From: Chlorokybus atmophyticus | Lineage: Eukaryota > Plantae > Mesostigma and Chlorokybus algae | Direction of reading: 5' to 3' | Length of the DNA: 64,000 nt | Assembly: GCA_009103225.1 (NCBI GenBank) | Contig: RHPI01003753.1 | Location: 148,610 to 212,609 of the forward strand | Shown: positions 61,709 to 64,000 of the stretch, in pieces | Position numbering within the stretch: the first letter of the stretch is position 1 | How the letters are laid out: every line of letters begins with the position of its first letter | Translations under genes and position numbers: made by a program | The notes under the pieces: model-generated | What the model saw: only the letters and a program-made list of their open reading frames with translations | Told to the model about the DNA's origin: nothing | Database searches by the model: none

Positions 61709-64000
61709 CTCCCACGCGAGCAGCTTGACCTCCAACGCTTGCTCCTGTAGTCAAACACAGATGCCAAGTCCTGCACAACAAGTCTTGAACTTGAGTGGTG
61801 ACAATGGCTTTGTCATGAAGTCCGCCAGCATGCCCTCGGTGTTGCAGTACTGGAACTCCACCTCCTTCCTTGTGACTCTGTCACGCACAAAGTGATGCAT
61901 GACATCAATGTGCTTCGTCCTTGCCGAGGCGATAGGGTGCTTCAACAACTTGATGGCTCCTTGGTTGTCACAGTTGATGACGATGCACGCCATGGGGTGC
62001 TCCAAGTCTGCCATGAGCTTGCGAAGCCAGAGTGCCTCCTTCACTGCTGCTGCCGCTGCCATGTACTCAGCCTCTGATGTAGATGCTGCTGTTGTTGGCT
62101 GCAGCCTGCTGTTCCAGCTCACCACGCCTCCGTTCAGCTTGAAGACGTAGCCTGTAGTGGACCTCCTGCTGTTGAGGTCACCAGCAAAGTCCGAGTCGCA
62201 GTAGCCCTCCAACTCAGTGCTCCCGCTCCCAAACTTGATGCCAACTGTTGCGCTCCCAGCAACATAGCGTAGTACTCCCTTTGCTGCTCTCCAGTGCTCC
62301 ATGCTCGGTGCAGACATGTAGCGAGCAAGTACTCCCACAGCATGTGCAACATCGGGACGTGTGCACACTGCCAGATAGAGCATGCTGCCTACCAGCTCAC
62401 CATATGGATACTGAGCCTTGTCGAGTACCTCCTCATCCTTTGCCTTGATGAGGGCAGTGCCAAGTGCCAACGGTGTGGTCTTGGTCTTCGCTTCAGTGAG
62501 CCCAAACTTGGTGACGAGTCTTCTCACCATCTGCTCCTGACTGATCTTGATTGTGCGAGCCGCCCTGTCGCGCTCAATCACCATGCCAAGGAACCACTTG
62601 GCCTCTCCAAGATCACGAACTGAGAATGCTTGCTGTAGAGCAAGTTTCGTCTCCTGCAGGTGGTGCACCTGCCTGGCGGTGATGATGATATCATCAACAT
62701 ACACGAGCAGCCAGACCTTGTTGTCTGCATGGATGAAGAGCCCAGGGTCTGCAGAGGATGCGGTGAAGCCAAGTGCCTCCAGCTCCTTGGTGAGCTTGAT
62801 GTGCCACATACGCGGTGCCTGTCGCAGCCCGTACAGTGCCTTGATCAGCTTGCACGCTGTGCCTCTCTCCCCTTCTTCATATCCAGGTGGTTGCTCGATG
62901 AAGATCTCCTCCTCCAGCTCTCCGTAGAGGAAGGCAGTCTTCACATCCAGGTGATGCAGCTCTAGGTCTTCAGCAGCAACCATAGCTAGCAGTGCACGGA
63001 AGGTGGTATGCTTACTTGCAGGTGCAAACACTTCGTTGAAGTCCACACCTTCCTGCTGCAAGAAGCCCTTTGCCACCAGTCTTGCCTTGTAGCGCTCAAT
63101 GTTGCCCTGACCATCACGCTTCACCTTGAAGACCCATTTCACTGGAATGGTCTTCACTCCTTGCGGTAACTGCTCCAGTGACCAAGTGTTGTTGGCATGG
63201 AGTGACGCAATCTCCTCGTCCATAGCACGCTGCCATTGCTCCGCATCTGGTGCTAACAATGCCTCCTCGTAGGTGCTTGGCTCCTCATTCTGCACACTGG
63301 CGACGTGTGCCTTGTGTAGGAAGTCAGGTGCCTTTCTCTCCCTCACTGGGTATCTCCGAGCTGCGTGCTCCTGCTGCAGGTGCGACTGCTTGTCTGCTAC
63401 AGTGGAGTCCTGCTCACCCTTATCGTCGATGATGGCCTTGCCTGTAGCCTCCACTGTTTCAGGATGCTCCGGCTGTGCTTCATCTTCAGGAAAGAAGCCT
63501 GCTTCTGGTTGTGATAATCCCTCGTGGAAAACCACCTCTCTGCTCACGATGATCTTCTGAGTGTCCTCGAGCAAGATCCTGTAAGCCTTGGAACCCGGTT
63601 CATAGCCAACGAAGATGCCCTTCTTGCTGACCGGCTCCAGCTTGTGCCTGAGCTGTTTAGGCACTAGTGCATATGCCGTGCATCCAAACACACGCATACC
63701 ACTCACATCTGGTGTGGCTCCATAGAAGTGCTCCCACGGAGTCTTCTGCTCTGAGCTCACCGGAGACCTGTTGCGGATGTAGTTGGCAGTGAGTACCGCC
63801 TCCTTCCACAAACTGTCTTCCATCTTTGTGTCGTTGAGCATGGCTCGAAAACGCTCAAAGAGTGTCCTGTCGAGGCGTTCAGCTGCTCCATTCTGCTGCG
63901 GGGTGTAGGGTGCCCTTGTCTCGTGGCGTATGCCCTTGCTGGCGAAGAACTCCTTCAACTCCTTGTTGATATACTCCCCTCCTCGATCACTCCTCATTGC
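61709..64000 (-). mobile_element. Second copia unit in tandem (integrase core to RNase H, continuing beyond the window)
   Basis: ORF 61751-63997 is the same pol sequence at an offset of 4481 bp, with 6 amino-acid differences. Confidence 0.96.

Overview
This is eukaryotic nuclear DNA from a green-plant-lineage alga (chlorophyte or early-diverging streptophyte, inferred from the plastid-targeted gene set and the intron style). It uses the standard genetic code and is intron-rich, with CpG/GC-rich first exons separated by AT-rich islands. By hand-splicing the ORF track I can support 15 host genes: beta-amylase, APC10, a protease-dead FtsH (FtsHi), NUP58, TRAPPC2L, TypA/BipA, TEN1, NDUFA9, biotin carboxylase, UBA5, GatC, a plastid TPR protein, a DUF99-family nuclease, an unknown plastid membrane protein and mitochondrial bL19. 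The last 10.5 kb is a nested transposon stack: an intron-containing pogo/Tc2-like DD35D element, an unidentified hairpin-array element, and two Ty1/copia units in tandem sharing one LTR. A CRE-type non-LTR fragment lies at about 17.5 kb. The most notable item is an intron-containing gene at 45673-47076 for a DUF99/COG1628 (Endonuclease V-related) nuclease, a family I know from archaea and bacteria. It has an organelle-transit-like N-terminus, and two of its four introns are GC-AG. Also notable are divergent start codons only 60 and 84 nt apart, four NUP58 introns that all split an FG glycine at the same base, and several long near-perfect palindromes. All family calls come from motif recognition by eye and no searches were run.
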